Shown here: positions 26,088 to 33,798 of the stretch, piece by piece
Layout: the number at the start of each line of letters is the position of its first letter
Position numbering within the stretch: the first letter of the stretch is position 1
The notes under the pieces: generated by a model
What the model was told of the DNA's origin: nothing
Database searches by the model: none
What the model saw: the letters and a program-made list of their open reading frames with translations, nothing else
Sequence record: OK041467.1
Strand: one strand, 5' to 3'
Source of the DNA: Pseudomonas phage PAE2
DNA length: 35,826 nt
Position numbers and translations under genes: made by a program

Positions 26088-26896
26088 CTCACTCGACCGA
26101 ATACAGGCAGCGTGCCCAGATCGGCGTGGCTGACGTTTTCATCAGGAAATCTTACTTTGTCTTGGCTGTCGGATCGAAGAACCACTTGGCCAGACAGCTG
26201 AACGCTCACACGTCTCAGGGAGACCTTGGAATCGGCGCCAACGAATGCGTAGACCATCCTGTCCATGATCGTGCGCTCAGACTGGTCAATCAGTACAAGG
26301 TCGCCCTCAAAGATGTAAGGCTCCATGCTGGCGTTTGTCGATTGTATGAAAACGCAGTGGCTCGGTCTGACGCCAAGATTCTCGATTAGTTTACGCGGTA
26401 GTGCTTGGCCTCCCTCGATCCGCATATGGTCGTTCAGCGAACCACTATCTCCGGGCTCTATTGATATCACAGGAATCAAGACGAAATCCCTCTCGCTAGG
26501 AGGGCGGATCCTATTTTGTGCCTTTTCGCCCTCACAAGAGGTTAATTCCAAAGGCTGATTTGTCAAAAAGTCATTGTCAAATGCGTGGTTAATACTCTGG
26601 TCAGGATGATCACCTGGAGGCGTCGATCTAGACGCCATCGCATCGATTTCTTTAGCTAATCTTGGACTAAAGTCCAAGACACTTACCTGTAGCAGCTTAG
26701 CAAAACGAGATGCCACCTGAACGTTAAGGGCGTTAACCCCATTCAGGTAGTGGTTCACGCCAGCCCCAGACATTCCGCCCATGAGGGCACCAGCCTTTTC
26801 CTGGCTTAGGCGAAGGTCCTTCTTCTTGGCCAGGTAAATATTTTTGAGCGCCAGGCATTCTCGCCTTTGCTCCTCGGTGAGGGGTTTCTTCTTCAT
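26060..26896 (-). CDS. cI: cI-like repressor: N-terminal XRE HTH plus C-terminal S24 (LexA-like) autopeptidase
   Basis: HTH within ...QEKAGALMGGMSGAGVNHYLNGVNALNVQVASRFAKLL...; C-terminal SMEPYIFEGDLVLID...GADSKVSLRRV carries the Ser and Lys catalytic dyad; divergent from cro across the operator cluster. Confidence 0.85.
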   Translation of the reverse strand: MKKKPLTEEQRRECLALKNIYLAKKKDLRLSQEKAGALMGGMSGAGVNHYLNGVNALNVQVASRFAKLLQVSVLDFSPRLAKEIDAMASRSTPPGDHPDQSINHAFDNDFLTNQPLELTSCEGEKAQNRIRPPSERDFVLIPVISIEPGDSGSLNDHMRIEGGQALPRKLIENLGVRPSHCVFIQSTNASMEPYIFEGDLVLIDQSERTIMDRMVYAFVGADSKVSLRRVSVQLSGQVVLRSDSQDKVRFPDENVSHADLGTLPVFGRVRWRMGGGGL

Positions 26897-26906
26897 TCTC
26901 AGAATT

Positions 26907-26966
26907 TACACCTGCGGTTAACGCATGAGCACCAACCGCAGGTATTGCGTATTCATTAACCGCCCG
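26907..26966. promoter_or_regulatory. OR operator cluster: ACCTGCGGTTAA (26910-26921), inverted AACCGCAGGTA (26934-26944) and partial TTAACCGCC (26956-26964)
   Basis: Same motif as OL; the sites interdigitate with the PR -35 and spacer and abut the cI start. Confidence 0.6.
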
Positions 26967-26973
26967 TTAGTAT
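26945..26973 (+). promoter_or_regulatory. PR promoter (-35 TTGCGT, 17-bp spacer, -10 TAGTAT)
   Basis: Positioned to give a transcription start near 26980, upstream of the cro RBS AGAGAGG (26991-26997). Confidence 0.45.
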
Positions 26974-27004
26974 TTGGCCCATGGACAACCAAGAGAGGTA
27001 TCCA

Positions 27005-27202
27005 ATGGACGCCATTCCCCTCAGCAAGCTGGTAGCCGAGAAGGGCCTTACCGCAGTTGCACGGCTCTTCCAGGTGAGCGCACCGGCTATCAAAAAAGCC
27101 ATCGACAACGACCGAGACATTCGCTGCGTGGAGCTGCTTAACGGCGTCTACAGCGCGCATGAGATCAGGCCGTTCCCCTTCAAGCCACATAAAGCCGCAT
27201 AA
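27005..27202 (+). CDS. cro: Cro-like HTH repressor
   Basis: 66 aa from ATG 27005 with AGAGAGG RBS; HTH in KGLTAVARLFQVSAPAIKKAI; divergent from cI. Confidence 0.65.
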   Translation: MDAIPLSKLVAEKGLTAVARLFQVSAPAIKKAIDNDRDIRCVELLNGVYSAHEIRPFPFKPHKAA

Positions 27203-27215
27203 GGAAATCCACCAG

Positions 27216-27404
27216 ATGTACGACGACCCGCGTCACCGCAATACAAACGAGACAAAGCTCCGCCTCGACGATGACTACGAGGCATTTCTTCGTGACCTCG
27301 CTCGGATTCATCGCACGCAAAAAGGCGTGATTGTCCGTGCGGTGATGAAGGAGTGGATCGACGAAATGAGGGCACAGCTTACCGCGAACACTGATGCGGC
27401 CTGA
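27216..27404 (+). CDS. small regulatory-type protein (cII position), possibly RHH-like
   Basis: AAGGAAA RBS; 62 aa; LRLDDDYEAFLRDLARIHRTQKGVIVRAVMKEWIDEM. Confidence 0.45.
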   Translation: MYDDPRHRNTNETKLRLDDDYEAFLRDLARIHRTQKGVIVRAVMKEWIDEMRAQLTANTDAA

Positions 27405-27422
27405 AGGCCCGAAGGAGGGCCT

Positions 27423-27620
27423 ATGGGCACTGATGATGGGCTGGCTCTCGAATCTCTGCTGAGCGAGGAAGACCTCAGATTCTTGAAGGATCTGGCAGCA
27501 GAGAGAGGGGTAACACCGCAAGAACTGGCTAAGCAGGGAATTCAATCCCTGATCGTCAGAAAGACAAGACCAAAGCTGATGCCAGTCTCTGGAGAGATAA
27601 GGCAGTTCAAGCTGAGATGA
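27423..27620 (+). CDS. small protein, possibly RHH/antitoxin-like
   Basis: GAAGGAGGG RBS; 65 aa; LRFLKDLAAERGVTPQELAKQGIQSLI. Confidence 0.45.
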   Translation: MGTDDGLALESLLSEEDLRFLKDLAAERGVTPQELAKQGIQSLIVRKTRPKLMPVSGEIRQFKLR

Positions 27621-27650
27621 CTGGCCGGAATAGGCCCTTAGAAAAGAAAA

Positions 27651-27671
27651 AGCCGGGATTACGGCCCGGCT
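27651..27671 (-). terminator. hairpin with a U-tract only in the leftward orientation
   Basis: AGCCGGG-ATTACGG-CCCGGCT preceded on the plus strand by GAAAAGAAAA, so it is terminator-like on the minus strand; on the plus strand it is a hairpin without a U-tract. Confidence 0.3.
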
Positions 27672-27694
27672 GATTCAACTACAGAACGGAAACG

Positions 27695-28504
27695 ATGATG
27701 ACAAATATTGTTCAGCTTGACAAGTCCAGGGGGTTCACCCGGATGGACAATGAATTGTACGAGGCCCTCATTGGGGCTGATCTTTCCGGGCGTGAACTTC
27801 GAGTAGCTTTGGCTGTTCATCGCCTAACTGCTGGGTTCAATCAAGACGAGTCTCGCATCACTGCGTCGGTGATTGCTGACATGTCCGGAATCCGTCGTGA
27901 GCATGTTTCTAGGATGCTCTGTGAGCTTCTGCGTCAACGTGTGATTTACCGGGTTGGAGGATCTAAAGGTCCAATCGGTTTTTCTCCCGTTTCTGAGTGG
28001 AAGATCGATGAAAAGGTGTGTGCCGAAAACGGCACAAAGGATTTGGCACAGAGTGCCGAAAACGGCACAAAAGTAGTGCCAATTTCGGCACACTATAAAG
28101 ACAGTAAAGACAATACAACTCCTAACGGAGTTGTTACGCCCGCAAAGCCTGTCGAAGAAAAACCTGCGAAGGCTAAAGCGTTTGGTCTGGCCGATCTCCT
28201 GTCCGACAACCCGCATAGCATCCCTGAGCAACTCCTGGCGGACTGGATAACGACCCGCAAGGCAAAGCGTGCCGCGCTAACCCCTACGGCCTGGAAGCGT
28301 CTGAACAACTCTCTGGCAAAGTGCAAGGCCGCTGGCTTCACCGCTGAATACGCGGTCGAAACCATGGTGTCAAAGGGGTGGCAGACCGTAGAAGTCGACT
28401 GGCTGAAGAACTCAACTCGGAGTTTTTCAGGGCCTCAATCGGTCCCCGCATACGACGCCAATGACACCTCCTGGGCCGTAGGCCTGGAACAGGATCTGTT
28501 CTGA
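27695..28504 (+). CDS. replication initiator (lambda O-like, Phage_rep_O N-terminal domain)
   Basis: LSGRELRVALAVHRLTAGFNQDESRITASVIADMSGIRREHVSRMLCELL matches the replisome-organiser N-domain; the central linker (AENGTK repeats) is encoded by the iterons. Confidence 0.75.
   Translation: MMTNIVQLDKSRGFTRMDNELYEALIGADLSGRELRVALAVHRLTAGFNQDESRITASVIADMSGIRREHVSRMLCELLRQRVIYRVGGSKGPIGFSPVSEWKIDEKVCAENGTKDLAQSAENGTKVVPISAHYKDSKDNTTPNGVVTPAKPVEEKPAKAKAFGLADLLSDNPHSIPEQLLADWITTRKAKRAALTPTAWKRLNNSLAKCKAAGFTAEYAVETMVSKGWQTVEVDWLKNSTRSFSGPQSVPAYDANDTSWAVGLEQDLF
28020..28091. repeat. origin-like iterons: three palindromic 16-mers GTGCCGAAAACGGCAC (28020-28035, 28053-28068) and GTGCCAATTTCGGCAC (28076-28091), with an adjacent AT-rich tract
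   Basis: Inside the O-like gene, as for the lambda ori; the AT-rich tract CTATAAAGACAGTAAAGACAATACAAC follows. Confidence 0.6.
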
Positions 28505-29154
28505 TGAAACGCGCCGGCAGCTTGATCCCGCAAGCAATGTCGACCGCGCCGAGTCAGGTGCAGGCTCCGCGTGAGCTTGACGATGCAACCGTAAGCGTCG
28601 TGAACCAGTTGTTCTCTGAGCTTCAATCGATCTTCCCGGCCTGGCGTCAGGCATGGCCGACAACAGAGGCTATCGCCAAGGCAAAGCGTACTTGGATCAA
28701 GGCGTTCATGGACGCGGGCCTGAGCAGATTGGAGCAGATTCGCTACGGCATTCAGCAGTGCCGGGCATCTGGCGGCGACTTCGCGCCCAGCGTAGGCAAG
28801 TTCATCAAGTGGTGCAACCCGAGTCCTGAGCATCTTGGGCTGCCCAGCTTAGAGAAGGCCTATCTGGAGGCCGCTCGAAAGGCGCATCCGGCATTCACTG
28901 GCGGCTGGAGCCATCAGGCGGTGTATCACGCAGCCACGATGACCGGCTTCTACGAACTGGCGAACCTCTCCGAGGAACGCAGCCGGAAGCTGTTCGAGCG
29001 TAACTACGAGGCGACTGTTCGGATGATCGTCTCCGGCCAGCCCCTGCGCCAGATCCCGAAAGCTCTACCCGAATCCGTATCGATCAGAACGCCAGAGATC
29101 GGCAAAGCCGCGCTCAACGAACTGCGCGCGACTCTGGCAAGGAGTCACCAATGA
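28504..29154 (+). CDS. lambda P-like replication protein (helicase loader)
   Basis: KRTWIKAFMDAGLSRLEQIRYGIQQCRASGGDFAPSVGKFIKWC aligns by eye with recalled lambda P (RRQWVLAFRENGITTMEQVNAGMRVARRQNRPFLPSPGQFVAWC); directly follows the O-like gene. Confidence 0.6.
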   Translation: MKRAGSLIPQAMSTAPSQVQAPRELDDATVSVVNQLFSELQSIFPAWRQAWPTTEAIAKAKRTWIKAFMDAGLSRLEQIRYGIQQCRASGGDFAPSVGKFIKWCNPSPEHLGLPSLEKAYLEAARKAHPAFTGGWSHQAVYHAATMTGFYELANLSEERSRKLFERNYEATVRMIVSGQPLRQIPKALPESVSIRTPEIGKAALNELRATLARSHQ

Positions 29155-29300
29155 CCCAAGCAAACAACGGAAAGATCACCACTGAAGGCTTGCAACTGCC
29201 GAGTGTCTGCGACATCTGCGGCAAGTCCCGCGCCCACGGAAGCCACGTGAAGTGCAGCAAGATCCGGCAGGCGCAGTACAGGAGGAAGGCTAATGGCTAA
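29151..29300 (+). CDS. small Cys/His-containing protein (49 aa), zinc-ribbon-like
   Basis: AAGGAG RBS; ATGA overlap with the upstream stop; ...VCDICGKSRAHGSHVKCSK...; below the ORF-track cutoff. Confidence 0.4.
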   Translation: MTQANNGKITTEGLQLPSVCDICGKSRAHGSHVKCSKIRQAQYRRKANG

Positions 29301-29694
29301 TCCACGCTTCCACCTACGCAACGAGACCGACCGTCAGCGCGCTATAGCGATCCTTCAGCGCGTTGACCTGACCGAGGGCAAGGCCTGGAGCCTCCACGAC
29401 GAGGCCCGCAGTGACGCCCAGAACAGGCGTATGTGGGCCATGTTGCGCGACATCAGCCAACAGGTCGAGTGGTATGGCCGGAAGCTGGACGACGAGAGCT
29501 GGAAGCACATCTTCAGCGCGGCGGTACAGCAACAGGACGCAGTGCCCGGCATCAACGGCGGTTTCGTGGTTCTTGGTGTATCGACCCGCAAGCAGTCAAA
29601 GAAGTGGTTCAACGAAATGTTCCTGGTGATGGAGTCATTCGCCGCTGAGCGCGGCGTGAAGTTCACCACGCGCGATTACTGGGAGGCCGCATGA
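29293..29694 (+). CDS. ninB: NinB (Orf-family recombination mediator)
   Basis: DAQNRRMWAMLRDISQQVEWYGRKLDDESWKHIFSAAVQQQDAVPGINGGFVVLG closely resembles recalled lambda NinB (DQNRKLWACLGDVSRQVEWHGRWLDAESWKCVFTAALKQQDVVP). Confidence 0.8.
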   Translation: MANPRFHLRNETDRQRAIAILQRVDLTEGKAWSLHDEARSDAQNRRMWAMLRDISQQVEWYGRKLDDESWKHIFSAAVQQQDAVPGINGGFVVLGVSTRKQSKKWFNEMFLVMESFAAERGVKFTTRDYWEAA

Positions 29695-29945
29695 GCGACG
29701 GAATCGGAATCATCACCACAACCGAAGTTTTCCTTTCTGTGGACAAGATCGTCAAGGAAATGGATGCAGAGGACATCGCATCATTTTGCAGTGCTGTAGC
29801 GCTTCGGCTTGATCAGGATTTCGCGGGACGTGCTGATGCAGCAAGCCACTTCGCAAGCGGCCTGAGCGAATTTGGATGCCGCTTCTTGGCCGAGGCTGTG
29901 ACGAGCTTCTACATGCGGCAGAAGGCGAAGGAGGTGGAGGCGTGA
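29691..29945 (+). CDS. hypothetical nin-region protein
   Basis: 84-aa ORF, ATGA-coupled. Confidence 0.5.
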   Translation: MSDGIGIITTTEVFLSVDKIVKEMDAEDIASFCSAVALRLDQDFAGRADAASHFASGLSEFGCRFLAEAVTSFYMRQKAKEVEA

Positions 29946-30166
29946 ATACTTTCATCGGCATCTACCTAGGCTTTTTCCTGTGCATGTTCTTGAACGCTGC
30001 CATGCGCAACGAACGTGACAGCACCGATGCACCTGGAGGGCGCAGTGGAATGCGCCTGCACACCGACCACGCTACTGGCTTGCAGTATCTCAGCGTTCCA
30101 GGCGGCGGTATCACCCCGCGCCTCGGAATGGATGGGAAGCAAATGCGCGCGGATGGTGCCGAATGA
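29942..30166 (+). CDS. small membrane protein (74 aa)
   Basis: GGAGG RBS and GTG start overlapping the upstream stop (GTGA); N-terminal TM helix FIGIYLGFFLCMFLNAAM. Confidence 0.4.
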   Translation: MNTFIGIYLGFFLCMFLNAAMRNERDSTDAPGGRSGMRLHTDHATGLQYLSVPGGGITPRLGMDGKQMRADGAE

Positions 30167-30471
30167 CTCTCGCCCAGCGCTCTCAACCCTACCGCTCCCG
30201 CAAATGGCTTGCAGCGGTCCACCAGATCGAATGCTGCGTGCTGTGTGGCAAGTACGGCATCCAGGCAGCCCACCGCAATTTCGGAAAAGGCATGAGCCAG
30301 AAGACAGACGATTGTCTGTGCGCGGCGCTCTGCGAGGAGTGCCATCGCCAGATCGACAACGGCGGGGACATGACCCGCGAGGAACGGCGTGCGCTTCTCG
30401 ACCGCGCCATCTGCGACACCATCGCCCAGCTTGCGCGCATGGGCCTTATCGATGCGAAGGGGGCGGCATGA
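30163..30471 (+). CDS. YbcO/DUF1364-like Cys-rich protein (putative nuclease)
   Basis: 102 aa; ECCVLCGKYGIQAAHRNFG...CLCAALCEECHRQID has the Cys/His spacing of the YbcO family as I recall it. Confidence 0.5.
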   Translation: MTLAQRSQPYRSRKWLAAVHQIECCVLCGKYGIQAAHRNFGKGMSQKTDDCLCAALCEECHRQIDNGGDMTREERRALLDRAICDTIAQLARMGLIDAKGAA

Positions 30472-30638
30472 AGATCTCGCAGAAGCTTTGGTGCCTATTC
30501 GGAGTTCACGAATACAAGCTGATCAAAGAAGGCACAGTTCGATTCATCCATCGTGATGGAACGCCAAGTGGCACTACCGGAATCTACTACCACTTCCAAT
30601 GCGGCGTCTGTGGGCGCTTTAAGGAGAAGCGCGCATGA
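30468..30638 (+). CDS. small Cys-containing protein (56 aa)
   Basis: ATGA overlap; MKISQKLWCLFGVHEY...HFQCGVCGRFKEKRA. Confidence 0.4.
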   Translation: MKISQKLWCLFGVHEYKLIKEGTVRFIHRDGTPSGTTGIYYHFQCGVCGRFKEKRA

Positions 30639-30856
30639 GCAACATCCGCAACGTTCAGTGGAACGAGGGGGCTCCGAAGAAGATTCAGCCAGGAATGCTG
30701 ATTGATCGCTGGGATGGAGAGATTGAGTTGATCGGTACTGCCCGACAAATGTTTCTCAGAACGTCAATCAAACGCTGGGCCTGGCTCATTCAGCCGCACG
30801 AACTGCAATGGCTGGCATCTATGGCAAACAAGCACAAGGCGAGGGCGCGGGGATGA
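30635..30856 (+). CDS. hypothetical protein
   Basis: 73-aa ORF, ATGA-coupled. Confidence 0.5.
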   Translation: MSNIRNVQWNEGAPKKIQPGMLIDRWDGEIELIGTARQMFLRTSIKRWAWLIQPHELQWLASMANKHKARARG

Positions 30857-31068
30857 GCGACGACAAAGTTGTTCCAATGAAGAAGCGCGAAGACCGGTAT
30901 GAGGCCCTGATCAGGGACGAGGCTGATTTCGACGCTCTTGTGATGGGTGCGATCAAGTTCGGCCAGGACCACGGCCTGCCTGAGTCGATGATGAAGGGCA
31001 TCCTCATGAGCGCGATCATTGATCTCGACTTCGGCGCGCTGGTGTTCGAGCCGGAGGAGCCGGCATGA
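30853..31068 (+). CDS. hypothetical acidic protein
   Basis: ATG 30853 overlaps the upstream stop; 71 aa. Confidence 0.5.
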   Translation: MSDDKVVPMKKREDRYEALIRDEADFDALVMGAIKFGQDHGLPESMMKGILMSAIIDLDFGALVFEPEEPA

Positions 31069-31238
31069 ATTTCCTGGATCTCCTGTTCGCGCGGTTCCGA
31101 TGGTATCGCCGCGCCATGGGCGGCACTTGGACTCACATTGCCTTCTGGCCACAGTTGCCAGCTAGCGACCCTTTCTGGATTCGCGGAGAGCCTCGTATTG
31201 CCGAGAAGGTGTTCGAGCGAGAGGTATGGCCGAAATGA
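31065..31238 (+). CDS. small Trp/Arg-rich protein (57 aa)
   Basis: ATGA overlaps at both ends; MNFLDLLFARFRWYRRAMGGTWTHIAFWPQLPASDPFWIRGEPRIAEKVFEREVWPK; below the ORF-track cutoff. Confidence 0.35.
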   Translation: MNFLDLLFARFRWYRRAMGGTWTHIAFWPQLPASDPFWIRGEPRIAEKVFEREVWPK

Positions 31239-31618
31239 CCAACTCCCGCGCCAAGGGCGCCCGCGTAGAACTCGACTTCGCCAAGCTGTGCTTCGAGCAC
31301 TTGGGCATCAAGGTCGAGCGCAACCTCGAACAATCGCGTAGCGGTGGACACGATCTCAGCGGTCTTGATGGCTGGGCGCTTGAGATCAAGGCGCGGGCAA
31401 ATGTCCCCGGGCGCAAAGAACTGCTCGGCATGTGGACTCAGACCCTTGACCAGGCCCAGCGCGCAAAGTCGAAGCCGGCGTTGGCAGTGAAAGTGGATCG
31501 TCGCGGCTGGACTGTTTATGTCGATCTGGCAGACCTCAGTGACTCATGGCTGCCTTGCAAATCCTGGGCTGCCATCGAGCCAGAGGACTTTTTCCAGCTT
31601 GTTCGGGAGGGGATGTGA
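31235..31618 (+). CDS. PD-(D/E)xK-type nuclease, putative Holliday-junction resolvase (RusA/Rap position)
   Basis: 127 aa; pattern KGARVELDFAKL...GGHDLSG...WALEIKAR fits the restriction-endonuclease-like fold (E...D...E.K). Confidence 0.45.
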   Translation: MTNSRAKGARVELDFAKLCFEHLGIKVERNLEQSRSGGHDLSGLDGWALEIKARANVPGRKELLGMWTQTLDQAQRAKSKPALAVKVDRRGWTVYVDLADLSDSWLPCKSWAAIEPEDFFQLVREGM

Positions 31619-31920
31619 TGGGTGATCTTCCACGTTGTAGTCACGGGAAAACGATTCTTGAAAGGTGCAGAGACTGCGAGCGGATGGCTTCGGTCGAGAC
31701 TGATTCTGCACTGAGCATCCAGGAGGGTGGTGCGCATTACAAAGACCAGCCTATTCAGCCCGTTCAATACATCCATGCCAACGGAATCGGCTACCTCGAA
31801 GGAAACGTGATCAAGTACGTCTCCCGCTGGAGGAAGAAGAACGGCATCGAAGACCTGAAGAAGGCAAAGCATTACATCGAGCTTTTGATCGAACTCGAAT
31901 CCAAGCAGGAGAACGCCTAA
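31618..31920 (+). CDS. DUF3310-family protein
   Basis: AHYKDQPIQPVQYIHANGIGYLEGNVIKYVSRWRKKNGIEDLKKAKHYIELLIE matches the DUF3310 signature (HY...I.P...I......GN.IKY..R...K....DL.KA.HY...L). Confidence 0.6.
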   Translation: MGDLPRCSHGKTILERCRDCERMASVETDSALSIQEGGAHYKDQPIQPVQYIHANGIGYLEGNVIKYVSRWRKKNGIEDLKKAKHYIELLIELESKQENA

Positions 31921-33053
31921 TGGGCACTCGCAGTTTCAGTGACGATGATCTCATCGAAGCTCTGAAGAGCATGACTAACTCCCAAGCGGCGAAGCACTTC
32001 GACGTCAGCAAGCGGCAGATTGAGCGTCGGCGTGCGGCTCTGGTGCGCAAAGGGTGGAGCCCTGCGCATGACCTGCATCATGCCGTTCCGGACGGATACA
32101 TGCTCAAAGGCGCGTCGACGCTCTACAAGGAAGGCAAGCCCGTTCTTCAGTGGGTTAAGTCAACCGTGGACGAAGAGCGGCAGCGCGAACTGTTCGAGGC
32201 TTCATGCAAGGCTGCCGTCAAAGATCTTCCTGTCGTGGTGCCTAAAGAGGCCCTCGGAAAGCACGTCGACCACCTGATGACTGTATACCCAATCGGAGAT
32301 CCGCATTTCGGTGAGTACATCTGGGGCGACGAATGCGGACGTGATTGGGATCTGTCGATTGCTGAGCGTGTGCACTGCCAGGCCATGGCTGCACTAGTCG
32401 ACGCGGCCCCGAAAACCGAGCGCGCGCTCATCATCAACCTGGGCGATGCCGCGCACTATGACTCGATGATCGCGGTAACTCCTCGCTCTGGCCACCACCT
32501 GGACGCAGACAGCCGCTACGCTAAGATGGTCGACGTGCTGATCCTGGCAATGCGTCAGGTCGTCGAATCAGCGCTCAAGAAGCACCGCTATGTCCACGTC
32601 GTCCACGTCATCGGCAATCACGACGAGACGGGGGCGGTCTGGCTCAGCCGACTGTTTGCCCACCTCTACAGCAAAGAGCCTCGGGTGACAGTGGAAACCT
32701 CGCCAAGCGTGTTCAGCTACTACCGCTGGGGCAAGACGCTGATCGGAATGCACCATGGCCACACAGCCAAGGCGCATGTCCTGCCCGGCGTAATGGCTAC
32801 CGACAGGGCGAAGGACTGGGGCGAAACCACGCACCGTTACTGGTACACAGGCCACATCCACCACGAGAGCAAGAAAGAATTCCCGGGCTGTGTAGTCGAA
32901 TCGTTCAACACTCTCGCCCCGGCTGACAGCTACGCACACAGCGGCGGCTATCGCGCTCGGCAGAACATGAAGTGCGTGGTGCTTCACAAGGAGCACGGCG
33001 AAGTCGCACGGCACACGGTTAGTCCTGACATGTTGGAAGGGGAAGCGGCATGA
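31920..33053 (+). CDS. N-terminal HTH fused to a calcineurin-like metallophosphoesterase
   Basis: Motifs GDPHFG, LGDAAHYD, VIGNHDE, GMHHGH, GHIHHE; the N-terminal 45 aa look like an HTH (SQAAKHFDVSKRQIERRRAAL). Confidence 0.7.
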   Translation: MGTRSFSDDDLIEALKSMTNSQAAKHFDVSKRQIERRRAALVRKGWSPAHDLHHAVPDGYMLKGASTLYKEGKPVLQWVKSTVDEERQRELFEASCKAAVKDLPVVVPKEALGKHVDHLMTVYPIGDPHFGEYIWGDECGRDWDLSIAERVHCQAMAALVDAAPKTERALIINLGDAAHYDSMIAVTPRSGHHLDADSRYAKMVDVLILAMRQVVESALKKHRYVHVVHVIGNHDETGAVWLSRLFAHLYSKEPRVTVETSPSVFSYYRWGKTLIGMHHGHTAKAHVLPGVMATDRAKDWGETTHRYWYTGHIHHESKKEFPGCVVESFNTLAPADSYAHSGGYRARQNMKCVVLHKEHGEVARHTVSPDMLEGEAA

Positions 33054-33622
33054 CTGTCTATCGCGACGCAGCACACGCAATCGCTCGAATCATGAGCATC
33101 GAGACCATTGACGGGACGAATAAGGCTCTCTGGCAGCAGCAGTATGAATCGGGATATCAGGAAGAGCCTGTAGCAGCGAATCCGTGCCCACTCAGCGCTC
33201 AGGAACGACTGACCCAGGACGCGATGACACGTGCGATGATCCACCGCGAGTTACCGCCATCGCTCTGGTATGCGCTGGTTGCAAAGTACAGCATCAATGA
33301 TGCCGAAGTGGTCGATGCCATCCGCTGGCTTGTGCCAAAGGTAGTTACGCCGGCACATCATCTGTTCCGCATGAAGTGCGTTACTGCCTGGGCGATCCCG
33401 CAGAAGCGCGGCGTGAAGGAGGGCGCCAAGACTTCCCATCGCGGCCTTCCTGACTCTTTCTATCAGGTGCATACGTGGGATACCGAAGGGACTCCCGAAG
33501 GCACTCTGCGGCGCTGGAAGCACCTTACAAACAAGTGGCTTGAGGAACAGATAGACTTGGCATTCCGTGAAGTAACCACTTTGTTAGATAAAGATTCGCT
33601 TATTGTGCGTATCGCTGCATAA
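33050..33622 (+). CDS. putative late-gene antiterminator (Q-like, by position only)
   Basis: 190 aa, immediately upstream of the late promoter, tandem terminators and lysis cassette; no recognisable Q motifs. Confidence 0.4.
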   Translation: MTVYRDAAHAIARIMSIETIDGTNKALWQQQYESGYQEEPVAANPCPLSAQERLTQDAMTRAMIHRELPPSLWYALVAKYSINDAEVVDAIRWLVPKVVTPAHHLFRMKCVTAWAIPQKRGVKEGAKTSHRGLPDSFYQVHTWDTEGTPEGTLRRWKHLTNKWLEEQIDLAFREVTTLLDKDSLIVRIAA

Positions 33623-33627
33623 ACTAT

Positions 33628-33661
33628 TTGACAGTCGGCGAACAAGCGAACAGAATATATT
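33628..33661 (+). promoter_or_regulatory. candidate late promoter PR' (-35 TTGACA 33628-33633; -10 CAGAAT 33651-33656 or TATATT 33656-33661)
   Basis: Consensus -35 six nt after the Q-like stop; the -10 choice is ambiguous. Confidence 0.3.
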
Positions 33662-33723
33662 CATCTTGCGGTAATGCCGCATCATAGTGCCAACGTCGAC
33701 TTTGTAGCGTTTCAAACATCCAG

Positions 33724-33749
33724 AGCCCAGCCTAGCGCTGGGCTTTTTC
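33724..33749 (+). terminator. rho-independent terminator tR'-1 in the late leader
   Basis: AGCCCAGC-CTAGC-GCTGGGCT followed by TTTTTCGTTT. Confidence 0.65.
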
Positions 33750-33772
33750 GTTTCTGCGCCTCCCCAGCGCAT

Positions 33773-33798
33773 GCCCGCAGCCCCGCGGGCGTTTTATT
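33773..33798 (+). terminator. rho-independent terminator tR'-2 (tandem with tR'-1)
   Basis: GCCCGC-AGCCCC-GCGGGC followed by GTTTTATT. Confidence 0.55.

Noticed and set aside
27406-27421. GGCCC-GAAGGA-GGGCC hairpin as a nutR boxB
   Set aside because: It coincides with the RBS GAAGGAGGG of the downstream gene, and no boxA-like sequence precedes it.
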